NCBI GenBank assembly: GCA_039814735.1 | Contig: JBCCAQ010000001.1 | Location: 5,386-69,385, forward strand | Direction of reading: 5' to 3' | From: Cyanobacteria bacterium P01_A01_bin.15 | GTDB lineage: Bacteria > Cyanobacteriota > Cyanobacteriia > Phormidesmidales > Phormidesmidaceae | DNA length: 64,000 nt | Part shown: one piece after another, positions 47,497-57,003 of the stretch | Position numbering within the stretch: position 1 is the stretch's first letter | How the letters are laid out: every line of letters starts with the position of its first letter | Notes under the pieces: generated by a model | Databases searched by the model: none | What the model was told of the DNA's origin: nothing | What the model saw: the letters and a program-made list of their open reading frames with translations, nothing else | Program-made: the position numbers and the translations under genes

Positions 47497-49023
47497 TTAG
47501 ACAGGATCAGCAGCTTTCTTTTCCAAGCATTTGACCGCCGGTCCCTGAAGAATACGACCGTCATAATCAAAGCGAGAACCGTGGCAGGGACAGTCCCAGC
47601 TTTTCTCAGCTTCATTCCAATCTACGATGCAGCCTAGGTGTGGACAAACAGCTGAAACCTGATGTAGAGAGCCTGTATCATCGCGGTATGCCGCCACTTT
47701 CTCACCCTCTACAGTGATCAAGCCTCCATCCCCCGGCTGTAGGTCAGTGCTAGACGAAAACAGCCCCTTAAACCGATCGCCAATCCATCGGCTCCCCACA
47801 TCAAGATTCTCTTTAAGCGAGGTTTGGGTGACAAACGGCGTTGGTCGGATGGCATCATACAGATCTGACCAAGGGTTGGACCTACCCAAAATTAGATCCG
47901 ATAGGATCATCGCCGACATCACCGATTTGCTCATGCCCCAAAGGCTAAAACCGCTGGCTACATACGTGTGATTACTCACAGGAGTCAGTCGGCCAATGTA
48001 GGGTAGTTTGTCAAACGACACCATATCCTGGCTAGACCATCGATAGTCAATAGTATCAATGCCAAAGTCAGCCTTCAGATCGTTAGCCAGGTTTTGATAG
48101 CGCTCGGGTGTATCATTGGCACCACCTACCTTGTGGCCCTCACCCCCCATCATTAGCAACAGTCTGCCACTATCCGTGGGTGTCGTCCGCATTGAACGAT
48201 ACTTTTGGCCAACGCCAATATACATACCATCGGGCGCTTTATCAGGCTCAATGTAGGCTCCAATTAAGTAGGACCGCTGAGGATAGCTTTTAGCAAAAAA
48301 CAGTCCCTGGTCAAGAATAGGAAGATTTGTTGTGATGATTACATCTTGGGCTGTGACCGTTGCACCATGCTCGGTCATTACCTGACACGGGCTCTCTCCT
48401 TCAACGGTGGTCACACGGGTTTGCTCAAAAACATAGCTGCCCTGTCCCACAAGAGTTCCAGCCACGTGGAGCATGTACTTGCGCGGATGAAACTGTGCCT
48501 GGTTGGATAGCTTAATAGCTCCGGCGATCTGAAATGGCAACGTGACTGTGTCGACATATTCAGTCGACATGCCGATTGCGTGTGTGGCCTTGATCTCTTC
48601 TGTTATTTTGTCTAAGTTATCCGACGTCCGGGCAAACGTGTAAACGTCCTGTCGAGAAAAATCACAGTCAATGTTGTCGTCCTGTATCAGTGATGCAAGC
48701 TTTTCGACAGCGGCCAGGTTAGACTCGGCATAGAGACCTGCTTTTTCCTTGCCCATCTGTTCAATCAGATCGGCATAGATCAGCTGATGTAGAGCGGAGA
48801 TTTTGGCAGTTGTATGCCCAGAGACACCGCTGCCAACTCGATCTGCTTCGAGCACAGCTACGGTCTTGCCCGCCTGTTTGAGCAATTTGGCTGCGGTTAT
48901 ACCAGCTAAGCCACCCCCGACAATAGCAACATCAACAGATATGTTCTCTGTTAGCGCAGGATAGGTAGAAGGCAGGGTTGATGCAACCCAAAAAGAACGA
49001 TGTTCGCCAGATAGTGGTTGCAT
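47497..49023 (-). CDS. FAD-dependent oxidoreductase with a C-terminal Rieske domain (YhfW-like)
   Basis: IVGGGLAG, SGHTTAKI, QFHPRKY; Rieske CPHLGC...CPCHGSRF. Confidence 0.93.
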   Translation of the reverse strand: MQPLSGEHRSFWVASTLPSTYPALTENISVDVAIVGGGLAGITAAKLLKQAGKTVAVLEADRVGSGVSGHTTAKISALHQLIYADLIEQMGKEKAGLYAESNLAAVEKLASLIQDDNIDCDFSRQDVYTFARTSDNLDKITEEIKATHAIGMSTEYVDTVTLPFQIAGAIKLSNQAQFHPRKYMLHVAGTLVGQGSYVFEQTRVTTVEGESPCQVMTEHGATVTAQDVIITTNLPILDQGLFFAKSYPQRSYLIGAYIEPDKAPDGMYIGVGQKYRSMRTTPTDSGRLLLMMGGEGHKVGGANDTPERYQNLANDLKADFGIDTIDYRWSSQDMVSFDKLPYIGRLTPVSNHTYVASGFSLWGMSKSVMSAMILSDLILGRSNPWSDLYDAIRPTPFVTQTSLKENLDVGSRWIGDRFKGLFSSSTDLQPGDGGLITVEGEKVAAYRDDTGSLHQVSAVCPHLGCIVDWNEAEKSWDCPCHGSRFDYDGRILQGPAVKCLEKKAADPV

Positions 49024-49093
49024 GGTTGATCTCCTGATGGGAGAGAAAATAGATGATGTAGCTTCAGCCTATGTGTTGAGATTGAGAATTGGC

Positions 49094-49109
49094 TCTATCT
49101 TTGGTAAAG
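49094..49109 (-). promoter_or_regulatory. Palindromic box promoter
   Basis: TCTATC-TTTG-GTAAAG; 22 bp, then TAGGCT on the - strand. Confidence 0.65.
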
Positions 49110-49208
49110 CATTTTGTATGGCTGCGACCCAGGCACAGCCAAAGAACCACAGGCCCGCATGGCTCCATGGGTAAAAATGCGCCCTATGGATGGCCATTAG
49201 TTGTAAAT

Positions 49209-49224
49209 CAATACCTTTGATAGA
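49209..49224 (+). promoter_or_regulatory. Palindromic box promoter
   Basis: CAATAC-CTTT-GATAGA; 22 bp, then CATAGT. Confidence 0.55.
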
Positions 49225-49277
49225 TTCTACCAACGAAAGCAGCTGCCATAGTGCGGAAAACATAACGGTGAAAAGCT

Positions 49278-49979
49278 ATGGGCGCGAAAAAGATATTAAT
49301 GGTTCTGACTAGCCATAAAGCGTTGGGCAACACTGGTAAAACGACGGGATTCTACGTCAGCGAAGCCAGCCACCCCTACGATGTGTTTGTTCGTCAGGCG
49401 GGCTACTCGGTTGATCTTGTCAGCCCCCAGGGCGGTGAGCCCCCCAGGGATGGAGAAGATAGTGAAGATACACTCAACCAAACATTTCTAGATGAAATGG
49501 CGGCTAAGCTGGCCAACACGATGACCCCTAACCAGGTTAATCCTGCTGACTATGATGCTATCTTCTATGCCGGTGGTCACGGTACCATGTGGGACTTTCC
49601 TAAGAATGAAACGTTGGCCGGTATCGCTGCGAGCATCTATGAGGCGGGTGGTATCGTGGGTGCGGTCTGTCATGGCCCCGCTGCGCTGGTTAATATCAAG
49701 CTAAGTGACGGTAGCTACCTGGTGGATGGCAAGGTCGTCAACTCGTTTACCAATGAGGAAGAAAAGGAAGCTGGCCTAGCGGATGAAGTGCCCTTTTTGC
49801 TTGAGTCCAAGCTGGTGGAGCGTGGGGCTGAGTTTCGCAAGTCACCTAAGTTTGAGTCCCATGTGGAAACAAGCGAACGGCTGGTAACCGGACAAAACCC
49901 TGCATCGGCTAAGGCCGTTGCCACACAGATGTGGGCTCTGTTGGAAAATGCAAACCGCGATATGGCAGTAGTGCCTTAG
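49278..49979 (+). CDS. DJ-1/PfpI family protein (Hsp31/glyoxalase III-like)
   Basis: TGFYVSEASHPY, GGHGTMWD, catalytic AVCHGP, TGQNPAS. Confidence 0.92.
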   Translation: MGAKKILMVLTSHKALGNTGKTTGFYVSEASHPYDVFVRQAGYSVDLVSPQGGEPPRDGEDSEDTLNQTFLDEMAAKLANTMTPNQVNPADYDAIFYAGGHGTMWDFPKNETLAGIAASIYEAGGIVGAVCHGPAALVNIKLSDGSYLVDGKVVNSFTNEEEKEAGLADEVPFLLESKLVERGAEFRKSPKFESHVETSERLVTGQNPASAKAVATQMWALLENANRDMAVVP

Positions 49980-50289
49980 CTCGGCATGCGAGAGCCCCAT
50001 GGCCGGTTGCACACTCAGGTAACAACATTGGCCATGGGGCTCAGTTCCAGCATTTCTTGGAATAAAAAAAGCCGCTTTTAGTCGCAGCGCTGGATCAGTT
50101 TTAGCGTTTGAGAATAATCCAAATAGCGTGGATGATACCGGGGATATACCCGAAGAGCGTCAGCAAAAGATTAATCCAGAACTGGGTACCGATGCCGACT
50201 TGTAAAAACACGCCTAGGGGGGGTAATACGATTGCAACCAAAATTCTCAGAATATCCATAACAATCTCCTACTATCTATGGTGTTAAAT

Positions 50290-50502
50290 TTATTTCTTCT
50301 GCTGGTAGTCTGGATCTATCCAGCACTGGGGTAGCGGCTCCCCTGATGGAAAAATGAGCTTTGTTTTATTGAAGGCGCTAGGTGGCTGTGCCGATTGCCC
50401 AGACTGCTGTCGTCCCTGAATTTCTGTCTCAAAGGGATTGAATAAGGCGTCGATATCGAGCACTTCGACTAATGTTTTGTCGTTGCTGAGCTTAACGAAC
50501 AT
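50290..50502 (-). CDS. Small conserved hypothetical protein
   Basis: 70 aa, LVEVLD...LFNPF...GR.Q.G.......F.K..L.FPSGE.LP.CW.DP.Y. Confidence 0.8.
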   Translation of the reverse strand: MFVKLSNDKTLVEVLDIDALFNPFETEIQGRQQSGQSAQPPSAFNKTKLIFPSGEPLPQCWIDPDYQQKK

Positions 50503-50599
50503 AATAAAATCTTCTAAGTAGACCCGTTGAATCAGAATTGCAACAAACCATTGCGGTCTGCCAACCCTTGTACGGTATCGGACGCTCTGGTTGGAAACG

Positions 50600-50615
50600 T
50601 CTGTCTAGGGGTATA
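50600..50615 (-). promoter_or_regulatory. Palindromic box promoter
   Basis: TCTGTC-TAGG-GGTATA; 22 bp, then TACCGT on the - strand. Confidence 0.7.
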
Positions 50616-50633
50616 AATTTGTCTGGCCGTTGC

Positions 50634-52379
50634 TTAGCTGTTTTTAGGGCGTGATTGGGAGCTATCTTTTGGCCAGGTAAATGAGAATGTGCTGCCCTTG
50701 CCTAGCTCTGATGTAAGGGAGAGTTCGCAGCCCTGGCTTTCGACTAGCTTTTTGACAATGCTAAGGCCGATACCGGTACTTTCAATGGTGTCACGGCTGG
50801 CGAGGGTCTGAAAGATAACAAAGATACGCTCGTGATAATCAGGAGCGATGCCGGGGCCATCATCGGTGACAGTAAACTCTACCATGGTGTCCATTTCTTT
50901 GAGGGAGATGGTAATGTTGCCATCCGGACGATGGTGATATTTGATGGCATTGCTAATCAGGTTTGTTAGTACCTGCTGCAGCAGTATCTTTTCTGTGACG
51001 AGGGTGGGGGCGGCGGTGGGCAGGGTGACCCGCATGGCGCTGGGGACTTCTAAGGAGCCTACAATTTCATGTAGCAGCTGGAGGGGGTCTAGGGCCAGGG
51101 CATCTAGGCTTTGGCGACCCGCCCGTGAGTAGCGCAGCAACCCGTCAATAAAATCTTCGAGCCGTTTGACCCGCGATCGCATCAGCTCAAGCTGTTCTTG
51201 GTTCTCCGCCGGAATCTGATCCGCCAAATCCTCCTGGAGCCAGATGGCCAGGTTTGCAATCGCCCGCAGGGGGGCCTTGAGGTCGTGGGAAGCCACATAG
51301 GCAAACTGGTCCAATTCTTGATTGCGCGCCGCTAGCATCTTGCTGGCTTTTCTCAGGTTACGGTTGACCTTATCCATGGCGAGCGCCCGTTCCTGGAGCT
51401 TTAAGACAAACCGGCTTTGCTGGATGGCGATGGCCAGCTGCACAGATAGATCATCTAGCAGGTTTAGCTCGTTGCTTTGCCAGGTACGTGTCTGGCGACA
51501 GTGGTGGGCGATCAGCAACCCCCAAAGCGTAGTTTGGGGGGAGGCTTCGGAGGGCTGCAGCAGGATGGGCACAACCAGGTTGGCCCTGACTTGAAACTGC
51601 TCTAGCATCTTGATATGGCAAGGGGTCAGCCCGGCGGTATGAATATTATCAATAACCGTTTTGTGGCCCCGGTGATAGCGTTTGGCCCCCTGGTTTGCAA
51701 AGCAGGTGTCTTTGATTTCAGCGCCCAAACCAACGCTCCAGCTCCCAAGGACCGACTCGGCCACGATGGTGCCATTCATGTCAGGTTGGAACTGATAGAT
51801 GAGGGCGCGATCGCAGTCCAAAAAATTCCGCGCCCCCTCCACAGCTATCTTTAAGCTGGTTTCCACATCCAGGGACTGGCTAATCCGTAGGGAAATACTC
51901 GCCATTAGCTGCTGCTGCTGCTGCTGTTTGGCAATGGTCTGTAGCAGCTGCTGTTCGGTCAGGGCGCGACGTACGGTCTGGGATAGCTTTTCAGCATTGA
52001 GGTCGCCCTTGATCAAATAGTCCTTGGCCCCCATTTTCATAGCCTCAACGGCCACTTGTTCACTACCCTGGCCGGTGAGCATAATCACCGCCGGTACGGA
52101 CTGCGAGGTTTCATAGAGGGTTTGCAAAAACTCCAACCCATCCATATCGGGCAGGCGATAGTCCAATAGGATCACATCCGGACAGTACTGTTGGCACATG
52201 GTCAGTCCGGTCTCACCGCAGTCGCTGAGCAAAAGGGAGCAGCCCACCACATTGGTCTGGGTCAAATATCGCTCGTAGGTAACGCGATCCGTTTCGGAAT
52301 CATCCACAACGAGTACGGTGCAACCCAGCTGATTGGGACTCTCACAAGTAATATTTTTGCTGTTAACTGCATCAGTCAT
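50634..52379 (-). CDS. Hybrid sensor kinase: REC - cyanobacteriochrome GAF (DXCF type) - HisKA - HATPase
   Basis: REC (VVDDS, LLDYRLP, LTGQG); GAF with IKDTCF and TPCHIKML..FQVRANLVVPI; H-box ASHDLKAPLR; N, G1 and G2 boxes. Confidence 0.9.
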   Translation of the reverse strand: MTDAVNSKNITCESPNQLGCTVLVVDDSETDRVTYERYLTQTNVVGCSLLLSDCGETGLTMCQQYCPDVILLDYRLPDMDGLEFLQTLYETSQSVPAVIMLTGQGSEQVAVEAMKMGAKDYLIKGDLNAEKLSQTVRRALTEQQLLQTIAKQQQQQQLMASISLRISQSLDVETSLKIAVEGARNFLDCDRALIYQFQPDMNGTIVAESVLGSWSVGLGAEIKDTCFANQGAKRYHRGHKTVIDNIHTAGLTPCHIKMLEQFQVRANLVVPILLQPSEASPQTTLWGLLIAHHCRQTRTWQSNELNLLDDLSVQLAIAIQQSRFVLKLQERALAMDKVNRNLRKASKMLAARNQELDQFAYVASHDLKAPLRAIANLAIWLQEDLADQIPAENQEQLELMRSRVKRLEDFIDGLLRYSRAGRQSLDALALDPLQLLHEIVGSLEVPSAMRVTLPTAAPTLVTEKILLQQVLTNLISNAIKYHHRPDGNITISLKEMDTMVEFTVTDDGPGIAPDYHERIFVIFQTLASRDTIESTGIGLSIVKKLVESQGCELSLTSELGKGSTFSFTWPKDSSQSRPKNS

Positions 52380-52468
52380 AGGAACAACCCCACCACTGGG
52401 ACAACTCAATGGGCTAGCCGTATTTTCAAGAGAAAATATGTCTTAATATAGATCCTTTTCAATCAAAG

Positions 52469-52921
52469 TCATAGGCTTTTGGGTGGAACAGACACCGTAA
52501 ACCAGTACCTTACGAATAGCTGGATAGACTCTTTGAGCTGCTCAATATTTGTCGGCTTCAGGATATAGCTATTGGCCCCGGCCCGGTAGCATTCGTCGAC
52601 ATCTTTGGGGTTAGACGATGTGGTCATTACCACCACGGGTATGGTCTTTAGCTTTTCATCCTGCTTGATCTGGGTGAGTATGTCCCTGCCGTCGGTACCG
52701 GGGAGGTTTAAGTCTAAAAGAACTGCGCCTGGCGGGGCCGCTGGTTTACGATCGGTGTAGGCTCCTTCCCCATAGAGAAAGTCCAGGGCGTCGTCTCCGT
52801 CGCAGCAGCGGACAATGGGGATATCTATGTCACAGCTTCTCTCCATGATGCGACTCAGCGCTTCAAAGTCCTCGTCGCTGTCTTCGACGACCAGCAGCGT
52901 TGGGTAGGGATGGTCACTCAT
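52469..52921 (-). CDS. Rcp1/RcpB-like phytochrome response regulator
   Basis: VVEDSDED, LLDLNLPGTDGR, VMTTS, GANSYILKP, C-terminal YWF; start overlaps the phytochrome stop (ATGA). Confidence 0.92.
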   Translation of the reverse strand: MSDHPYPTLLVVEDSDEDFEALSRIMERSCDIDIPIVRCCDGDDALDFLYGEGAYTDRKPAAPPGAVLLDLNLPGTDGRDILTQIKQDEKLKTIPVVVMTTSSNPKDVDECYRAGANSYILKPTNIEQLKESIQLFVRYWFTVSVPPKSL

Positions 52922-55227
52922 GGGCTGGTGAGGGTAAAGAAAAACGTGGTGCCTTCTCCATAGGTAGAATCAAGCCAGATCTGACCGCCGTGGCGCTCTA
53001 CAATTTTTTTGGTAATGGTTAAGCCAGCCCCGGTCCCACCGCCGTATTTACCGGGGGCGTGCAGCCGCTTAAAGATTTTGAAAACGGTTTCTAAATGTCT
53101 GGGGCGGATGCCAATACCGTTATCACGCACATAAAAAACGGTGGCATCTGCTTTGAGGGCGATGGGGGCAGCGGTCTGGCAGTCTAGGGGTTTAAGCCAG
53201 CCAATCTCAATCCACTTTTCTGGTTTGTTGTTGTACTTGATGGCATTGCTCACCAGGTTGGTAAATAGCTCGGTAACCTGGCTGCGATCGCACACTAGCG
53301 TAGGCAGCGGCTGCGGTCTGCGGAAGCTGACCTGTTCAGGTTTGCTCATTTTGATTACATCAAGCACCCCATCCACCAGCTGATTGATATCCGTGGGCTT
53401 CATCAAAAACTCCGCCCGTCCCAGCCGAGAATAGTGCAGCAGCGAGTTGATCAAATCCTCCATGCGCTGGGTGAGGCTCATCAGCGTCTGCAGCTTGCGG
53501 GTCCCGTCTGCTCCTAGCTGGGTGCCGTAGTCCTCAATCAAAAAGCTGGAATAGTTGTGAATGCCGCGCAGGGGTTCTTTCAGGTCGTGGGAGGCCACAT
53601 AGGCAAAGGCGTCCAGCTCTACATTGCTACGCTGCAGTTCGAAGTTGAGCGCGGCCAGCTCGTCTGCTTTTTTTAGCACCAGATCCACAATGGCGCTGCG
53701 CAGTTCGATCGCCATTTCCACCTCGCAGGGTTTCCAGGGCAGGGCCTGGTGTCGCACCTGTTCTTTCCACTGTTCAAAGGACCGGCGAGGGGAGATGCGA
53801 ATGCTACCGTCATCCTCTAGTTCGACGGCTTTGTTAGGGTCACCCGCCCAGCTCACCGTTTGGGGTACCTCGGGACGAAACCACAGCAGATAGATGGGCT
53901 GTACCTGGGAAATTGCCAGGGCCAGCAGCCCGCTGGTGCCGCTCGCAAACTTTGCCGCCGGGGGATAAACCTGGGCCAGTGCGGATGTGTGGTACACCAT
54001 ATCGCCATCAAACCGGTCGCCTAGCCATGGGAGCAGCCGCTCAATGTCTTCACTGGCAGGGCAAAAGCCCACCAGCGTTATTTCTCCCTGTTCGCAGTAG
54101 GCGACGCCCGCCGCATCGGTCAGTGCCAGTAGCGATTTGGGGTTCTGGGTCAGTCCCTGGCGCAGGGTTTGGCTATGGATCAGCGTTTTGACAAAGCTGG
54201 TTTGGATGGCCTTTAGATTAATCTTGTAGTCATTGTCTTTGTTGGTTTCCCGTGGGGGTAGCTCCAGGGCAATCACCTGGCCCAAAAATTCGCAAACGGT
54301 GCGGATCTCCTAGGACAGCCTGTAAGGGCTATTGTGGTGGCAGGCAATTAACCCCCAGAGTTTGCGATCGCAAATTAGCGAAATGGACATCGATGCGCGC
54401 ACCCCCATGTGGGTCAGGTACTCCGTGTGCAATGGCGACACGCTACGCAGGGTGGCCAGGCTCATGTCTAGCGGCGCGGCGCTGGCCGCCACCAGCGGTA
54501 CGGGGGTGTAGGCCACATCGGGAATGAGCCGCAGCAGATTGAGCAGATACAGATGCTTAGCCTGTTTGGGAATGTCCGTGGAGGGATAGTGCAGCCCTAA
54601 AAAAGGCGACATCTCGGGCTGTCTGGCCTCGGCCACGACGCTGCCCGCTCCGTCTTGGTCAAAGCGATACACCATTACCCGGTCAAACCCGGTAATCTGC
54701 TTGATTTCTGATACCGCTGCTTGAAACAGCTCATCTAGGGTTTGGGTTTGCTGCAGACGGCTAACGGGACGTTTAACCAGACTGTAAAAGTCAAAAAAGT
54801 TCACCGATGTGGGAGCGGTAGGCGGTTCTAGCTCTAGCACGATGCTATTGTCGCTACGGTGGACGACACCTGAAAAGACCCGCACCGAGTCGCCGACCTC
54901 AATCTCAAACGAGATCGGATTAACTACCTCAAACTCCGTTGCTAAACAGTCAGCAATTTTTTGCAGCTGCGGTTCCCCAAGCACAGTCGATAGGGGATGC
55001 CCCAGCAGTTCCGCCGGGGAACGTCCCAAATAATCATCTGTATTTTGACTGACCTGCTCAATTATCCAGTCCTGGCTGACGGCTAGAAGGATCCCGTGGG
55101 GCTGGATTGCAGCTGGAATGTGGATCGGTTCGCGATCGCAGTTGGTAAGGTCGGCCCCGGTTTGCTGAGGGTCAGTAAGAGCGGCGATCTCAGCCTTGGT
55201 GTAAGCGGTAAAGTCCAATGCGGTCAT
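52918..55227 (-). pseudogene. Bacteriophytochrome (PAS-GAF-PHY-HisKA-HATPase, AphB/CphB-like) interrupted by an in-frame TAG
   Basis: DLTNCDREPIHIP, TDIP, SVSPLH (no GAF Cys), PRRSF, ASHDLKEPLR; the two ORFs are one frame: ..SPYRLS-TAG(54310-54312)-EIRTVCEFLGQVIA.. Confidence 0.9.
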
Positions 55228-55373
55228 TCTGGATATCAAGCCATCGAAGCCTGCTGATCTCTTCTTGATATTAAAACAGTTTTTTAGACTGAGTAAACAT
55301 CGGCCCAGTCAAACTCTCTTTTGCCAGCTCGATAGATATCTAATGAAAAATCCCTTGGGTTAACCCCTGGGGC

Positions 55374-55476
55374 CCAGGAAACAAAATTAATTAGGCTCCA
55401 CTATTGGACGTACGGACGATCCATGAAACGTCTTTTCAGCATTGATTTTTGGACCTGATAAAATCCTTATCCCTTA
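55374..55476 (+). repeat. Composite REP/MITE-like element, copy 4
   Basis: CAGGAAACAAAATTAATTAGGCTCCACTATTGGACGTACGGACGATCCATGAAACGTC...ATAAAATCCTTATCCCTTA. Confidence 0.75.
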
Positions 55477-55495
55477 GACTGTTGTTTAAGGCCGC

Positions 55496-55534
55496 TCATA
55501 CTTTTGGATGAATGAGGACTGGCCTTTTGTTAGA
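55496..55534 (+). promoter_or_regulatory. Tandem palindromic boxes (starts 23 bp apart)
   Basis: TCATAC-TTTT-GGATGA 55496; CTGGCC-TTTT-GTTAGA 55519, then 22 bp to TATTAT. Confidence 0.55.
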
Positions 55535-55650
55535 GGCGTGGTGTCGTTTCTTTCTTTATTATCTTGCTATCGACTGTACGAAATAAATATTGCGGCTCCT
55601 TTGAGTATCAAGCTAAAAGCGCCTGCACTGTTGTTATTGGATAATGAAGA

Positions 55651-55956
55651 ATGGACTTATCACTTTCCCATATTAAATGGAAAAAATGGAAACAGCTTTT
55701 GGTTGTTCCTGCGGTTGTGGTGATTGCCCTCTCGGCAGGCTGTCGTGTCGAGCAGGAGCGCAGCGGTGAGATGCCCGATGTCGATGTGAACGTAGAGCCG
55801 GGTCAGCTCCCTGAATATGAGGTCGAAGGCCCCGAGGTTGAAGTAGGCACAGAGACCGAAACAATCACCGTACCTGATGTCGATATCAGCACTGAAGAAA
55901 AAGAAGTGACAACACCCGATATCGATATTGAACTGCCCAGCGATGATGCTGAATAA
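55651..55956 (+). CDS. Small acidic lipoprotein
   Basis: Lipobox SAGC; V/E/D/P-rich PDVDVNV, GQLPEYEVEGPEVEVGT. Confidence 0.8.
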   Translation: MDLSLSHIKWKKWKQLLVVPAVVVIALSAGCRVEQERSGEMPDVDVNVEPGQLPEYEVEGPEVEVGTETETITVPDVDISTEEKEVTTPDIDIELPSDDAE

Positions 55957-56067
55957 TTTGTAGCAGACTTTTTTATAGGTTAATACAGTCAAAGAGGCGC
56001 ATGTGCTGAAGTCTAACATGGGCCTCTTTGAACTGTTATTTCTACAAATATTACTACAAAAATCTAT

Positions 56068-56964
56068 ATGGGACAATCTCGCGTCCAGGTTGGGGCGATC
56101 GCTGCCCTATTGTTGTTGGCGGTCATTTGGAGCTACAACTGGACCCTAATGAAAATCGCGGTACGCTATGCGTCTCCGTTTGATTTTGCGGCCATGCGGG
56201 CTTTTTATGGCTCGCTCGGTTTGTTTTTGGTTTTGATTGTCCAGCGACGCTCCCTGAGGCCCAGGGCGCTTAGGAAAAATTTTCTCTACGGTATTTTACA
56301 AAGCGGTGCTACCGTTGGTCTTTCGACCTGGGCGTTGGTGAGTGGTGGGGCAGGTAAAACCGCCATCTTGACCTATACCATGTCGTTTTGGACCTTGCTA
56401 TTTGCCTGGGTGTTTTTAAGTGAAACCCTTAAGGTGCGTCACTGGTATAGCCTTTCCATGGCGGCGGTGGGGCTGTTGCTGATCATGCTGCCCTTTACCC
56501 TGACGGACGGTTTTTTGAGTAAGGGGCTGGCCGTATTAGCTGGAATAGCCTGGGCGCTGGCGTCGATTATCCTCAAAAAGGCAGATAAAACAGAACCCAT
56601 CGATCCGCTTGTTTTTACAGCCTGGCAGCTGTTGTTTGGCAGCCTGCCCCTGATGGCGGTTAGCTGGCTGTTGCCGTCTGCCTCGGTGCAGTGGACCCCA
56701 GAATTTATTGGCGTTTTGATCTATAACGTTGTTCCCGGTGGTGCGATCGCATGGCTGCTGTGGTTTTATGCTCTGCGGTATCTTTCCACCGATGTGGTCA
56801 GTCTGGGGGCACTGCTGATTCCCATACTCAGTATTCCAATGGCGGCTCTACAGCTGGGTGAGGTGCCCACCTCAACGGAGCTGGTGGGAATTTTGCTGAT
56901 TTTGATGGCTCTGGCCGTTAACTCGGTTTCGCCAGCGCTCTTGCGTAAAGGTCTAAACCGGTAG
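56068..56964 (+). CDS. EamA/DMT transporter
   Basis: IWSYNW, GGAGKTAILTYTM.FW, 10 TM. Confidence 0.9.
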   Translation: MGQSRVQVGAIAALLLLAVIWSYNWTLMKIAVRYASPFDFAAMRAFYGSLGLFLVLIVQRRSLRPRALRKNFLYGILQSGATVGLSTWALVSGGAGKTAILTYTMSFWTLLFAWVFLSETLKVRHWYSLSMAAVGLLLIMLPFTLTDGFLSKGLAVLAGIAWALASIILKKADKTEPIDPLVFTAWQLLFGSLPLMAVSWLLPSASVQWTPEFIGVLIYNVVPGGAIAWLLWFYALRYLSTDVVSLGALLIPILSIPMAALQLGEVPTSTELVGILLILMALAVNSVSPALLRKGLNR

Positions 56965-57003
56965 CAGTTTTGGGCGCTGTCCTGTTTGATTTCTAGACCG
57001 CAA

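Noticed and set aside
15017-54312. Stop-codon reassignment or selenocysteine/pyrrolysine as the explanation for the in-frame TGA and TAG
   Set aside because: TAG and TGA end many intact genes here, only one internal case of each occurs, and the positions correspond to Arg and probably Tyr, each one substitution away.
10474-55336. Weaker box-like sequences at 10474, 18131, 20067, 20086, 22469, 26979, 38676, 39326 and 55321
   Set aside because: Partial matches with no convincing -10 at 22-23 bp; they may be real but are not counted as support.
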